The position numbers and the translations under genes are program-made. Shown piece after piece: positions 1-9,278 of a DNA stretch of 25,505 bases. Positions within the stretch are counted from its first letter, which is position 1. Each line of letters opens with the position of its first letter. The DNA is from a virus (Duplodnaviria; Caudoviricetes): the IMG/VR virus record IMGVR_UViG_3300020551_000020, positions 1-25,505 of that record, one strand, 5' to 3'. A model generated the notes under the pieces. The model saw only the letters and a list, made by a program, of their open reading frames with translations. It searched no databases and had not been told where the DNA came from.

Positions 1-3000
1 TTACAACTCTCAATGCTTTATTATTGTGAGTCGTTTGTTTAGTCCAACCAGTTGGTGCTGCTGTTTGTTGGAACAGCATTAAAGTTCCAGATGGAAATGA
101 TACTGAACTTAAGTTAATTGCAACATTAGAAGCTGCTGTTACTCTACCTTTAGAATCTACAGTTAGAATACCTACTTGAGTTGAAGAACCGTAAGTTCCT
201 GCCATAACTCCAGAGTTTGCTAAAGTCGATCCTGAAGATACATTAGCACTTCCATCAAAATTAACACTCCAAGACAAATCTCCAGTAATTGCTATACTTC
301 TTGCAGTCTCTAATTTTTTAGCAGTAGAAGCAATTCCTACAAATGTACCATTGAATGTGTTCGCATGGATATTATTCCACTTATTAGAACTTCCACCTAA
401 ATCTAATGTTCCATTAGTTGAAGGTGTAATTCCAGTACCAACTCTAGAAGTAAAACTTACTAAATCAGATGTAGAATCACCTAGAGTTACATTACCATTA
501 AAAGTTGAGACACCAGAGACAGATAAATTAGTTAAAGAAAGAGTGTCTGTACCAGGATTGTATGAAATATTAGAATCTGTCCTTACAGTAGTAATCCCAG
601 AAGTTACATCGACAAAAGGAATATATCTTGTGGTGTTTGTTGCATCTGCAGAAACTAAAATTGAAGACGCATAACCAGGAGCAATACTTGATTGGGAAAT
701 CCATACTGGTTTGGAACCATCAGACTGAAGAATTGATCCTGCAGCACCTACAGCAACAAATGTAGTTGTATTTGCTGCACTTTGATAAGGTATAGAACCA
801 CCAGCACCACCTTTCAGGTTGGTTGCAATACCAGCATTATCGGCATAACCAACACTAAGTGTTCCTTGTGTTACCCAAGAAGGTGCTGAAGTTCCATTGG
901 ATTTTAGTAATTGCCCTGAAGAACCATTAGATATAAAAGCAGTTGTATTTGCTGCAGTTTGATAAGGTATTTGGGATGCAATGCCGCCTTTTAAGTTAGT
1001 AGCGATACCAGCATTATCTGCATAAGCAACACTAAGTGTTCCTTGTGTTGTCCATTGAGTTCCTGTTACTGTTGATTGAAGAACCTGACCTGATGTTCCT
1101 GCAGAATTCGTAGAATCATAGACTGCACCAGTAATTCTGGCATTACCTTGAATGTGTAGAGATTGTGTTGGGGTTGTGGTTCCAACTCCAACATTACCGC
1201 TCTGATTTAAAATAGTAACTGATTCAGTATCAGTTCCATTAACTCTTCTCCAAATTCTTAATGGAACAGAACCACCACCAAAATCTTGTGTATCAATCCT
1301 CCACCCATAAAGATTATTACCAGAAGCAAGATATAAATGAGGTAAAGTATTACCATTATAAGGTCCAATATGCAATGCAGTATTTGGATTAGTTTGTGCT
1401 ATTCCAAGTCTTGTAGAAACATAAGCACCACCAGTTACCTGAAGAGTTTGAGATGCTGTTCCTGTTAATACATCAGTTCCAATTCCAACTTCACCTGTTG
1501 AATGAACTACAACTCTATTGATTAGATTTGCGGATGTAGCAACAGATTCAAAAGAAGCACCACCAGTTGCTGTTGTATAAGTATCAATTCTAACTTGACC
1601 GCCAGCAAGTCTTATTCTGTCTTGTCCAGATGTTGTATCTGCATCATTTCCCTTGAATAAGAATAATTCAGATCTTTCTGATCCAGTGCTCCATATTCTT
1701 TCACCAATATAAGTGTGGTTATAAGAACCAGGTTGATCACCAGTGGTTCCATAAAAAGCAATATAGTTTGAAGTTGTCGAAACTCCGAGTCTTAAATTAC
1801 CATCAACTTGAAGTCTTTCTCCTGGATTTGTGGTTCCTATTCCAAGATTACCAGAGATATTAAATCTTGCCCATTCTCCGCTTCTTCCGCCAAATGCAAG
1901 TCCAGATGCTCCACCAGACGAAGACCCTAATGGATTAAATTCAATATAACTTTGTTCTGTTACATCAGTAACTTGAAGTAATTTTGTTGATGCAGTAGTC
2001 CAATCACTTCCTGTAGTATTTCTTGTTGCTTTGATTCTTAAGTATGAAGCATTATTATTGTTATGAAGAAACTGTGCTACGGTAAGTGCTGCTCCTGCAG
2101 TTGCTGGTAGAGTTATTCCAGTACCAACATTAGAAATAGAAGCAGTTGGAGAAAGTTGTAGTGAAACTGTTGGATTTGTGGTTCCTATACCTAATGAATT
2201 GGAAGAGGGGTTCCAAACAAATAAGTCATCAGCTCTTACTGTTGATAATCCAGAAGTTACATCAACAAAAGAAATGTATCTTGCAGTATTTGTTGTATCT
2301 GTAGAAACTGCAATTGAAGATGCATAACCAATAATATTTCCATTGAAAGTATTGGCGAAAATTGTATTCCACCTTTGAGTAAGACTTCCTAAATTGTAAG
2401 TGTCTGTAATACCAGGAAGTACATTTCCAAAATATGTAGTAACTCCAGAAACCAAAACATTACCCTGAACTGTAAGTGTTGATGTTGGATTTGTAGTTCC
2501 TATACCAGTATTACCAGAAACATAAGCACCACCAGTAACCTGTAGTCTTTGTGATGCGGTTCCTGTTGAAGTTGCTGCGCCAATAATAACTGGTCCAGAA
2601 GAAACTTGAAGTTGTCCTACTGGATTTGTGGTTCCTATACCGACAGAATCAGAAACATAAGCACCACCAGTAACTTGAAGTCTTTGTGATGTTGTTCCAG
2701 TTCCCGTGGTTGATGATGTTCCTATTAAAACATTTCCGCTTGGAAGAATTGAAAATCTTCTTGCTACTGCAATACCATCATAAATTCCAAAAGAACCATC
2801 ATCATCATCGGCAAAAAATTCCCAATTCCTATTATTATCTCTTGTTTTTAAGAAAAATCTTGCATTACCTTTTCCAGGATTTTCTAATATAAAATCTGTA
2901 TGAACTTCACCAAAAGAAGAAGTATCTTGTCTATAAATGTGAATGGATCCTTGTGGATTTGTTGTTCCTATACCAATTCTTCCATTAAAATATCCACCAC

Positions 3001-4942
3001 CACTAACTTGAAGTGGTTGTGATGCTGTTCCTGTTGATGATATTGCACCGACTAAAACATTATTTCCAGCAACAGCAAGAGTTGAATTAGTTGCTCCATT
3101 TGTGAATAATAATTTAGCACTTGTAGATTCTGTTCTAATTACTAAATCACCAGCAACTGAATCATTTGCAAATTGACCAGCAGAACCAGCAACTGAAAAT
3201 GTTGTCTCAATAGAAGTTCTACCAATATTAAAGGATGCATAACTTCCTGCCGCTCCACTTCTAATGCTCAGAGCAGCAGCATTTGGATTGGTAATAATTG
3301 CATTACCAACAACTGTAAGTGCTGATGTTGGATTCGTGGTTCCTATACCCAATGAATTAGAAGATGGGTTCCAAACAAATAAGTTATCAGATCTTACTGT
3401 TGATAATCCAGAAGTTACATCAACAAAAGGAACATATCTTATGGTATTAGTTGAATCTGTAGAAATAGAAATCGAAGATGCATAACCAATAATTTGCCCA
3501 TTAACAGTACCAAAGATTGTTCCACCAACATATAAATCCTTCTCAATTCCTACACCACCTTCCGTGATAATAGATCCAGTATCTCTACTCGTAGATTGAG
3601 TTGTATCAGTTACATAGATTGCATCATTAACTTCAATAATTCCAGCACTAGAATTTAAAATTAAGTTTCCAGATAATGTACTGATGGTATTGGTATCAAA
3701 TTTAATATTATCAAAAGTTCCAACACCAGTAACATTTAAATTATTAATATTAACTTGAGAGTCAAATGTTGAAATACCACTTACATTCAAACGATTAAGT
3801 GTTGTTGCTTGATAAACTTGAAAATTTTGTGTTGTGGTGAGACCAGTAACTCCTAAATCATTATTAATATTAACTTTTTGAAGGAATGTTGATAAACCAG
3901 TTACATATAAATCTGTAATATCAACTGCACCTTTAAATTTTGTTGCTGTTACAATTCCTGTAAAATATGCATTTGTGCCAGTTACAAAACCAATTGTTGT
4001 AATACCAGTTACTAAAAGATTACGAGTTGTTGTAGTTCCCGATACGCCAAGAGTTGCAATCGTTGCTATACCTGATACATTAAGATTATCAATAAAAGTT
4101 CTACCCTTGAAACTAGATATTCCTAAAACATCTAATAAAACTTTTGGTTGAGTGCTACCAATACCAATTCTACTATTAATGTCATCAAATACAAAGTTAG
4201 AAGCGCCATCAACCAATCCAGCACTATTATGAAATTGAATATTTTGATATGTTCCTCCTGCTCCTGCCCTGACTGTTTCTTGATTGACCCAAGTTAATCC
4301 ACCAAAATTATTTTTAATTAAAATTTGTGTATTAGTTCCTGGTTGATTATTATAATCATAAATCGTTCCAGTAAGTCTTAAATCTCCTTGAATATCTAAT
4401 TTTTGTGTTGGATTTGTGGTTCCTATACCAATCAATCCATTTGTATTCGCATTAAAAAGTGTTCCACCCGCACCAACTATTAATCCATTACCAACAGTTA
4501 AAATTCCTACAGAACTATTAAATAATAATCCAGAAGAAGTTGCAAAATCTCCACTTTCTTTGAATAAAACGCTTCCGTTATTTCCTGGAGGAGCGACTGT
4601 TATGGTTGCTGCAATACCTAGTGGAATTGCTTGTGCCGCAACACTATTACCAACAAAATTAAGTTGAGTAATGCTATTTGATGTTCCTACAAGAGAACCT
4701 TCATCAAATACACTAATTGAACCTGGAATCAAACCTCCACCAACTGGAATCCAATATCTTTCTCCTGGATATCCTGGGATAGAAACAAGCTGATATTGTA
4801 GTCCTATAGGAAGTGATGGATAAACTAAAGTGGGATCGCCAAGATTTGGTTCAGCTTCATTTAATCCTAAGTAACTGTATCTATCAGTACTTAGTGCTGA
4901 CTGAGAGACTCTTTTAACTCTTCCACTTAAATACTTTGGCAT
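1..4942 (-). CDS. Long modular tail fibre protein (>1647 aa, truncated at the left window edge)
   Basis: Partial manual translation: ATG at 4942 gives MPKYLSGRVKRVSQSALSTDRYSYLGLNEAEPNLGDP. The same frame at 1-100 reads FPSGTLMLFQQTAAPTGWTKQTTHNNKALRVV (tail-collar-like). Gly/Thr/Ser-rich with many GIGTTNP motifs. The ORF track lists no minus-strand ORF here, consistent with no stop inside the window. Confidence 0.88.
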   Translation of the reverse strand, partial: MPKYLSGRVKRVSQSALSTDRYSYLGLNEAEPNLGDPTLVYPSLPIGLQYQLVSIPGYPGERYWIPVGGGLIPGSISVFDEGSLVGTSNSITQLNFVGNSVAAQAIPLGIAATITVAPPGNNGSVLFKESGDFATSSGLLFNSSVGILTVGNGLIVGAGGTLFNANTNGLIGIGTTNPTQKLDIQGDLRLTGTIYDYNNQPGTNTQILIKNNFGGLTWVNQETVRAGAGGTYQNIQFHNSAGLVDGASNFVFDDINSRIGIGSTQPKVLLDVLGISSFKGRTFIDNLNVSGIATIATLGVSGTTTTRNLLVTGITTIGFVTGTNAYFTGIVTATKFKGAVDITDLYVTGLSTFLQKVNINNDLGVTGLTTTQNFQVYQATTLNRLNVSGISTFDSQVNINNLNVTGVGTFDNIKFDTNTISTLSGNLILNSSAGIIEVNDAIYVTDTTQSTSRDTGSIITEGGVGIEKDLYVGGTIFGTVNGQIIGYASSISISTDSTNTIRYVPFVDVTSGLSTVRSDNLFVWNPSSNSLGIGTTNPTSALTVVGNAIITNPNAAALSIRSGAAGSYASFNIGRTSIETTFSVAGSAGQFANDSVAGDLVIRTESTSAKLLFTNGATNSTLAVAGNNVLVGAISSTGTASQPLQVSGGGYFNGRIGIGTTNPQGSIHIYRQDTSSFGEVHTDFILENPGKGNARFFLKTRDNNRNWEFFADDDDGSFGIYDGIAVARRFSILPSGNVLIGTSSTTGTGTTSQRLQVTGGAYVSDSVGIGTTNPVGQLQVSSGPVIIGAATSTGTASQRLQVTGGAYVSGNTGIGTTNPTSTLTVQGNVLVSGVTTYFGNVLPGITDTYNLGSLTQRWNTIFANTFNGNIIGYASSIAVSTDTTNTARYISFVDVTSGLSTVRADDLFVWNPSSNSLGIGTTNPTVSLQLSPTASISNVGTGITLPATAGAALTVAQFLHNNNNASYLRIKATRNTTGSDWTTASTKLLQVTDVTEQSYIEFNPLGSSSGGASGLAFGGRSGEWARFNISGNLGIGTTNPGERLQVDGNLRLGVSTTSNYIAFYGTTGDQPGSYNHTYIGERIWSTGSERSELFLFKGNDADTTSGQDRIRLAGGQVRIDTYTTATGGASFESVATSANLINRVVVHSTGEVGIGTDVLTGTASQTLQVTGGAYVSTRLGIAQTNPNTALHIGPYNGNTLPHLYLASGNNLYGWRIDTQDFGGGSVPLRIWRRVNGTDTESVTILNQSGNVGVGTTTPTQSLHIQGNARITGAVYDSTNSAGTSGQVLQSTVTGTQWTTQGTLSVAYADNAGIATNLKGGIASQIPYQTAANTTAFISNGSSGQLLKSNGTSAPSWVTQGTLSVGYADNAGIATNLKGGAGGSIPYQSAANTTTFVAVGAAGSILQSDGSKPVWISQSSIAPGYASSILVSADATNTTRYIPFVDVTSGITTVRTDSNISYNPGTDTLSLTNLSVSGVSTFNGNVTLGDSTSDLVSFTSRVGTGITPSTNGTLDLGGSSNKWNNIHANTFNGTFVGIASTAKKLETARSIAITGDLSWSVNFDGSANVSSGSTLANSGVMAGTYGSSTQVGILTVDSKGRVTAASNVAINLSSVSFPSGTLMLFQQTAAPTGWTKQTTHNNKALRVV
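785..1055 (-). repeat. Tandem ~177-nt (59 aa) duplication in the tail fibre
   Basis: WxTQGTLSVxYADNAGIATNLKGG..IPYQ is encoded at ~785-880 and ~962-1055. The blocks ataccagcattatc and caacactaagtgttccttgtgtt occur in both copies. Confidence 0.85.
2170..3495 (-). repeat. Dispersed ~160-nt direct repeat (copies ~2170-2335 and ~3330-3495; diverged third copy ~545-680)
   Basis: Identical block tcttactgttgataatccagaagttacatcaacaaaag in both main copies. Encodes GYASSI..ST..TNT.RY..FVDVTSGLSTVR.D.LFVWNPSSNSLGIGTTNP. Confidence 0.85.
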
Positions 4943-4944
4943 AA

Positions 4945-5619
4945 TTATATTGTACTATTCTCTAAGATGCTACAAATAAATTCCATTTGAAGTGGTCCTA
5001 CTTGACCACCACTTACATATGTATGTGCAATCCCAGTAACAGTTCCGGAGTTAGTTACGAAGGTTTTAGAGATCCCTACAGTTCCAATAATTGAATCTAT
5101 CGTAAATGATTGTTGCGGTGAAGGAAAAATCGTAGTAGTAATTCCATAATTACCCGGAGCACAAGTAAATGCAAGACCACTCATCGTAACTTCATCACCA
5201 ACATTAAAATTATGAGCACTAATAGTAGTGATTGTCGTAACTCCTGTAGTATTATCATACAAACAATTAGTTACAGATACAATTCCAGATTGTGTTCCTT
5301 CAATTACGATTGAATCTGTAACAATAGCAGTTTTCTCTAAGACTAATCTACCATCTATAAGTATAATAGAATCATTTGGTGGAATTTCAGCATCTTTTAT
5401 AATTCTATTATTTCTCGTGTTGCCAAAAGTTCTTTGAGAAGTGCTCTTTCTTCTATGTGTAAAAGTTACAGTAGGATATGTATTTCCAATTCCAACATTA
5501 CTTACTTGGGCATAAAGAACAATAGCAGAAACTCCAGTAGGTGTCGTATACACTGTTTGCTCTCCAGGAGCAACTGGAACCGCTATTGTAATAAATTTAT
5601 TAAGTGGTGCAACTGCCAT
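4945..5619 (-). CDS. Putative virion structural protein (fibre/baseplate associated)
   Basis: 224-aa Thr/Val/Gly-rich, beta-type ORF tightly packed between two fibre-like genes (2-3 nt gaps). Confidence 0.7.
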   Translation of the reverse strand: MAVAPLNKFITIAVPVAPGEQTVYTTPTGVSAIVLYAQVSNVGIGNTYPTVTFTHRRKSTSQRTFGNTRNNRIIKDAEIPPNDSIILIDGRLVLEKTAIVTDSIVIEGTQSGIVSVTNCLYDNTTGVTTITTISAHNFNVGDEVTMSGLAFTCAPGNYGITTTIFPSPQQSFTIDSIIGTVGISKTFVTNSGTVTGIAHTYVSGGQVGPLQMEFICSILENSTI

Positions 5620-5622
5620 ATC

Positions 5623-8600
5623 TTATCTCAATGCAAGTATGATGGGGGTAATTTCTGCCTGAATTGCTTTACTAAAATCTCTTCCTCTAATGGTGGATGT
5701 TGGTTGATTGATTTGAAATCCTTCACCAATATCAAAATTACCTTTTTGGTCTGTGCTTGTAAATGGAACTTGGGCTCCATCTAAAGCAACAATTTCATTT
5801 GCTTTAATTGGAACACCACCAGTAAAGGGTGTTGCTGTATTTATGTCAGTGCCCGTGCCTATGTATTCAAAAGAATGTGAACTTGTCAAAATTCTACTGA
5901 TTCTTCTAAAAGAAGCTTCTTCACTACCAAATAATTCATAAGGAATGAATTCAGTAAATGTAACGGTAGTAATTCCTGCAGAATTTTCTGTTGCAGAATC
6001 AATTGCATAATAAATTGGTCTAGTAATTACTTCTGCCGTAGCAGTTCCTCCATCAATAAGTACCTCTAAATTTTGTGTTGAGAGATAATTTCTACCACTA
6101 TTTACGACATCAATAGTAGTAATTGCGCCACTAACTTCAGCAATAGTCGGACTTAATTCTGCAATGATACCTTGAGGTCCTTTTGGTTGTTGAGAATTGT
6201 CAGAAGTATCAATAATAATGATAGTGGGAGGAGAAGCAGGACTATATCCACTACCACCATTAGTAACCACTATTTCTTGAATCTCAACCATAGGTTCTGT
6301 AATTACACCAGATCCAACAGCATCTGGATAATTACTCAGATTTATTTTAAAAAATAGAGTTTGACCATCATAGGGTCTTCTAGAATTTCCTACATTTTCA
6401 AAAGCAACGATATCACTTCCAGCATCGACACCAGTTTGTCCTCTTGTTGGTGGATAAGTTCCAACTGTTCCTGTGAATTCTGTAGATCCAATTCCAACAG
6501 CATATAATCCATAGTTACCAAAAGAAGAGTTAGAATTTGTTAAGTCACAAGATCCACCACTGTCTGCATAAATTCCAATATCACAGTTAATCGTAAAAAT
6601 AGAAACTAACTGTGCATATCCATTATTTGTGATTGATACTCCGATTCCATTTTCATTATACTGTGTGAATGAGTCACATACCATGCATTTCAAATCATTT
6701 CCAGGAGTAGAAGCAGTAGCATGATCTCCATTAATCTTCATACCAATGCTACCAGTCATAAAATTGGTGCAGTTTCTAATATATGGACTCCTCCATCTTC
6801 CTGTTGGTCCTTCATTTGCAGGACCCGGTGCAATATATCCACTATTTGCTTGGTCCGCAACAGTTGTGGGTGGAAATGCAACTGCACCACAACCCGTATG
6901 TGCAATGGAAACACTCGATCCTGCAAAATTTATATTTTCAATTAAACATCCTCTTCTTACATGAAAAACATCTTTAGTTACATTGAGAGGTCTAACAGTC
7001 ACAAGTCTTAAATCTTGCCCCGTTACCGTAACATCAGTGCGAAGACCAATTGGATTATTTTCAGTGTAAACTCCAGGTCTAATAACAATTGTATCTCCAG
7101 GTTCTGCTATTGCTGCAGCACCGCCTATTGTTGCTTTTGCATCACCCTCAAGAAATCCAGTATTTAAATCATTACCATCTTTAGTAACCCAAATAGTATT
7201 TTGAGTTTCAACTCCTGCAGGTCTCCAAGATACACCAGTACCAACGGAAGCAAGTCTGTAATCAGTCTTTCCTACGGACGGTCCTGCAATCTGACCATTA
7301 ATATCAATCAGGGAGGAATCTAATTCTAAGGTTCCAATGAGTTTTGTATTTCCTCCAACATTTAAATTCTTTTCAATACCAACTCCCCCCTGAGTAATTA
7401 ATGCTCCGGTATCTTTATTAGTTGATTCAGTAGAGCTATTGAAGGTTACATCTCCATCAACATCTAGGGTATTATTAAGTGTAGTGGCACCATCAACATC
7501 TAAAGTTGAATTGAGTGTAGTGGCACCATCAACATCTAGGGTATTATTGAGTGTTGTAGCACCATCTACATCTAAAGTTAAATTAAGTGTAGTGGCACCA
7601 TCAACATCTAAAGTTGAATTGAGTGTTGTAGCACCATCTACATCTAATGTGCTATTAAGTGTAGTGGCACCATCTACATCTAAAGTTGAATTGAGTGTAG
7701 TGGCACCATCAACATCTAAAGTTGAATTGAGTGTAGTGGCACCATCTACATCTAAAGTTGAATTGAGTGTTGTAGCGCCATCTACATCTAAAGTTAAATT
7801 AAGTGTAGTGGCACCATCAACATCTAAAGTTGAATTGAGTGTTGTCGCATCATCAACATTTAAAGATGAATCAAAATCAACTGCTCCTGTTGCGTGAAGA
7901 GTTCCTGTTATATCTAAGGTTGATGTTGGATTACTATTTTGAATACCAACATTTGTCATTCTATAAATGTTGCCTGAGGAGTTAAATCCCCAATAATCCT
8001 TTGTTTGTATATCTGCAATAAAATTTGGGTTAGTTGGGTTTTCTATTGGAATTAGATTATCAGTTCCTACACCAAGACTATTAATTTGTGTAAAATTTAA
8101 TACAGTAAAGGATTTAGCAATTCCTGTTGTAGGAACATAAACTCCTTCATCCTGGATAAAAATTCCTTGAATATCAGCACTTGGTTGAAGTCCAGTCCAT
8201 CGAATGCCATCGGCATCCATACTCAAATAATATCCATTTGAACCAGGAGAATTGTTGGAATCATAGATAAATTCATCAATTTTTACACTTCCCAGAATAT
8301 CAAGTTTTTGCTCTGGACTTATACTTCCAATCCCAACCTTTTCACTAATGATTGCGATTCCATTAACATCTAAAGTTTGTAATGGTTGTGCAGTTCCAAT
8401 TCCAATTTTTCCTGTAGATGTTGTAAGAATTGTTCCACCAATACCAACATCTAGTCTAGTTCTTACAGTTAAAATTCCTACAGATAAATTATTATCAAGA
8501 TAAACATCACCAGTAAATGTTGCACTAGTAAATGTTGAATTTCCTAAAACATTTAAGTTTCCTAGAATATCTACATCATTAAATGTCGTTTTAGGTTTTA

Positions 8601-8703
8601 TTGGAAACTCATAATACAATGTCCCATAAATGTAAACATCTTTGAAGAACTTAGAGTCTTCATTAAAATAAGCCTGATTACCAGTTACTGTAATGTCTGA
8701 CAT
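5623..8703 (-). CDS. Tail fibre/tailspike-like protein with a 12-aa repeat shaft and probable pectin-lyase-like beta-helix domain
   Basis: 1026 aa. GIGTAQP/GIGSISP fibre motifs and LDVDGATTLNST repeats. WVTKDGND...KATIGGA...PGDTIVIRPGVYTE is a typical start of a right-handed beta-helix domain. Confidence 0.8.
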   Translation of the reverse strand: MSDITVTGNQAYFNEDSKFFKDVYIYGTLYYEFPIKPKTTFNDVDILGNLNVLGNSTFTSATFTGDVYLDNNLSVGILTVRTRLDVGIGGTILTTSTGKIGIGTAQPLQTLDVNGIAIISEKVGIGSISPEQKLDILGSVKIDEFIYDSNNSPGSNGYYLSMDADGIRWTGLQPSADIQGIFIQDEGVYVPTTGIAKSFTVLNFTQINSLGVGTDNLIPIENPTNPNFIADIQTKDYWGFNSSGNIYRMTNVGIQNSNPTSTLDITGTLHATGAVDFDSSLNVDDATTLNSTLDVDGATTLNLTLDVDGATTLNSTLDVDGATTLNSTLDVDGATTLNSTLDVDGATTLNSTLDVDGATTLNSTLDVDGATTLNLTLDVDGATTLNNTLDVDGATTLNSTLDVDGATTLNNTLDVDGDVTFNSSTESTNKDTGALITQGGVGIEKNLNVGGNTKLIGTLELDSSLIDINGQIAGPSVGKTDYRLASVGTGVSWRPAGVETQNTIWVTKDGNDLNTGFLEGDAKATIGGAAAIAEPGDTIVIRPGVYTENNPIGLRTDVTVTGQDLRLVTVRPLNVTKDVFHVRRGCLIENINFAGSSVSIAHTGCGAVAFPPTTVADQANSGYIAPGPANEGPTGRWRSPYIRNCTNFMTGSIGMKINGDHATASTPGNDLKCMVCDSFTQYNENGIGVSITNNGYAQLVSIFTINCDIGIYADSGGSCDLTNSNSSFGNYGLYAVGIGSTEFTGTVGTYPPTRGQTGVDAGSDIVAFENVGNSRRPYDGQTLFFKINLSNYPDAVGSGVITEPMVEIQEIVVTNGGSGYSPASPPTIIIIDTSDNSQQPKGPQGIIAELSPTIAEVSGAITTIDVVNSGRNYLSTQNLEVLIDGGTATAEVITRPIYYAIDSATENSAGITTVTFTEFIPYELFGSEEASFRRISRILTSSHSFEYIGTGTDINTATPFTGGVPIKANEIVALDGAQVPFTSTDQKGNFDIGEGFQINQPTSTIRGRDFSKAIQAEITPIILALR
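7440..7870 (-). repeat. 36-nt tandem coding repeat, about 12 units (LDVDGATTLN[S/L/N]T)
   Basis: 11 ATTLN cores plus a degenerate flanking unit. Unit resembles gtgtagtggcaccatcaacatctaaagttgaattga. Confidence 0.95.
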
Positions 8704-8704
8704 A

Positions 8705-9277
8705 CTATAGTACCGTATCTATGACTGTACCGACTAATCCACCAAAGAGACCTTTAAGTACATCAGCACCGACAAAACTGTCAGAAAATACTTTGGTGGT
8801 AAAATCTTCACCTAAAGCCTGAATTAAAGTTCCCGTAGATCCTTTTACATCTACCTTATTTCCTTGTATTAAAGTTCTACCAGATCCACTTTTTAATGTA
8901 ATATTTCTTCCTGCCTTAAACATAATATCTTCATCTGCCGAAAGAATAATGTTTGCTGCCTTAATACGAACCGTGCCGTGAGTTGAAACAATATTAACAT
9001 TTCCACTTAATCCGGCAATTACAATATCTTCATTCTTTCCATCACTTTTATATCCAGATATAATTTCAATACTGTAATCATTTTTGATTGAAAAGCGACC
9101 AGAGTTACTTAATGAGATAGATGATTGAGTATCTTGTGTAGCGGCATATAATTTGTAAACATCTGTTCCACTTGCTCCCATTGCTGGATTAGAAGTATCA
9201 ATCCTAAATTGAGGATTGAAGCTCATCAGTTGTCTTGCGTAAATATTTTGATCTGGTCTTTCTGCTACTGTGGGCAT
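8705..9277 (-). CDS. Putative baseplate spike/needle protein (gp5 C-terminal beta-helix-like)
   Basis: Directly downstream of gp5. Repeating short beta strands (GNVNIVSTHGTVRIKAANIILSADEDIMFKAGRNITLKSG) resemble spike triple-beta helices. Confidence 0.5.
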   Translation of the reverse strand: MPTVAERPDQNIYARQLMSFNPQFRIDTSNPAMGASGTDVYKLYAATQDTQSSISLSNSGRFSIKNDYSIEIISGYKSDGKNEDIVIAGLSGNVNIVSTHGTVRIKAANIILSADEDIMFKAGRNITLKSGSGRTLIQGNKVDVKGSTGTLIQALGEDFTTKVFSDSFVGADVLKGLFGGLVGTVIDTVL

Positions 9278-9278
9278 T

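Noticed and set aside
351-4667. Plus-strand ORFs (351-674, 2686-2892, 3264-3485, 4416-4667)
   Set aside because: All are antisense to the long tail-fibre gene; their mutual similarity only mirrors the fibre repeats.
7439-7897. Plus-strand 152-aa repeat ORF; the array also superficially resembles a CRISPR
   Set aside because: It is the antisense shadow of the coding repeat, and the units are contiguous with no unique spacers.
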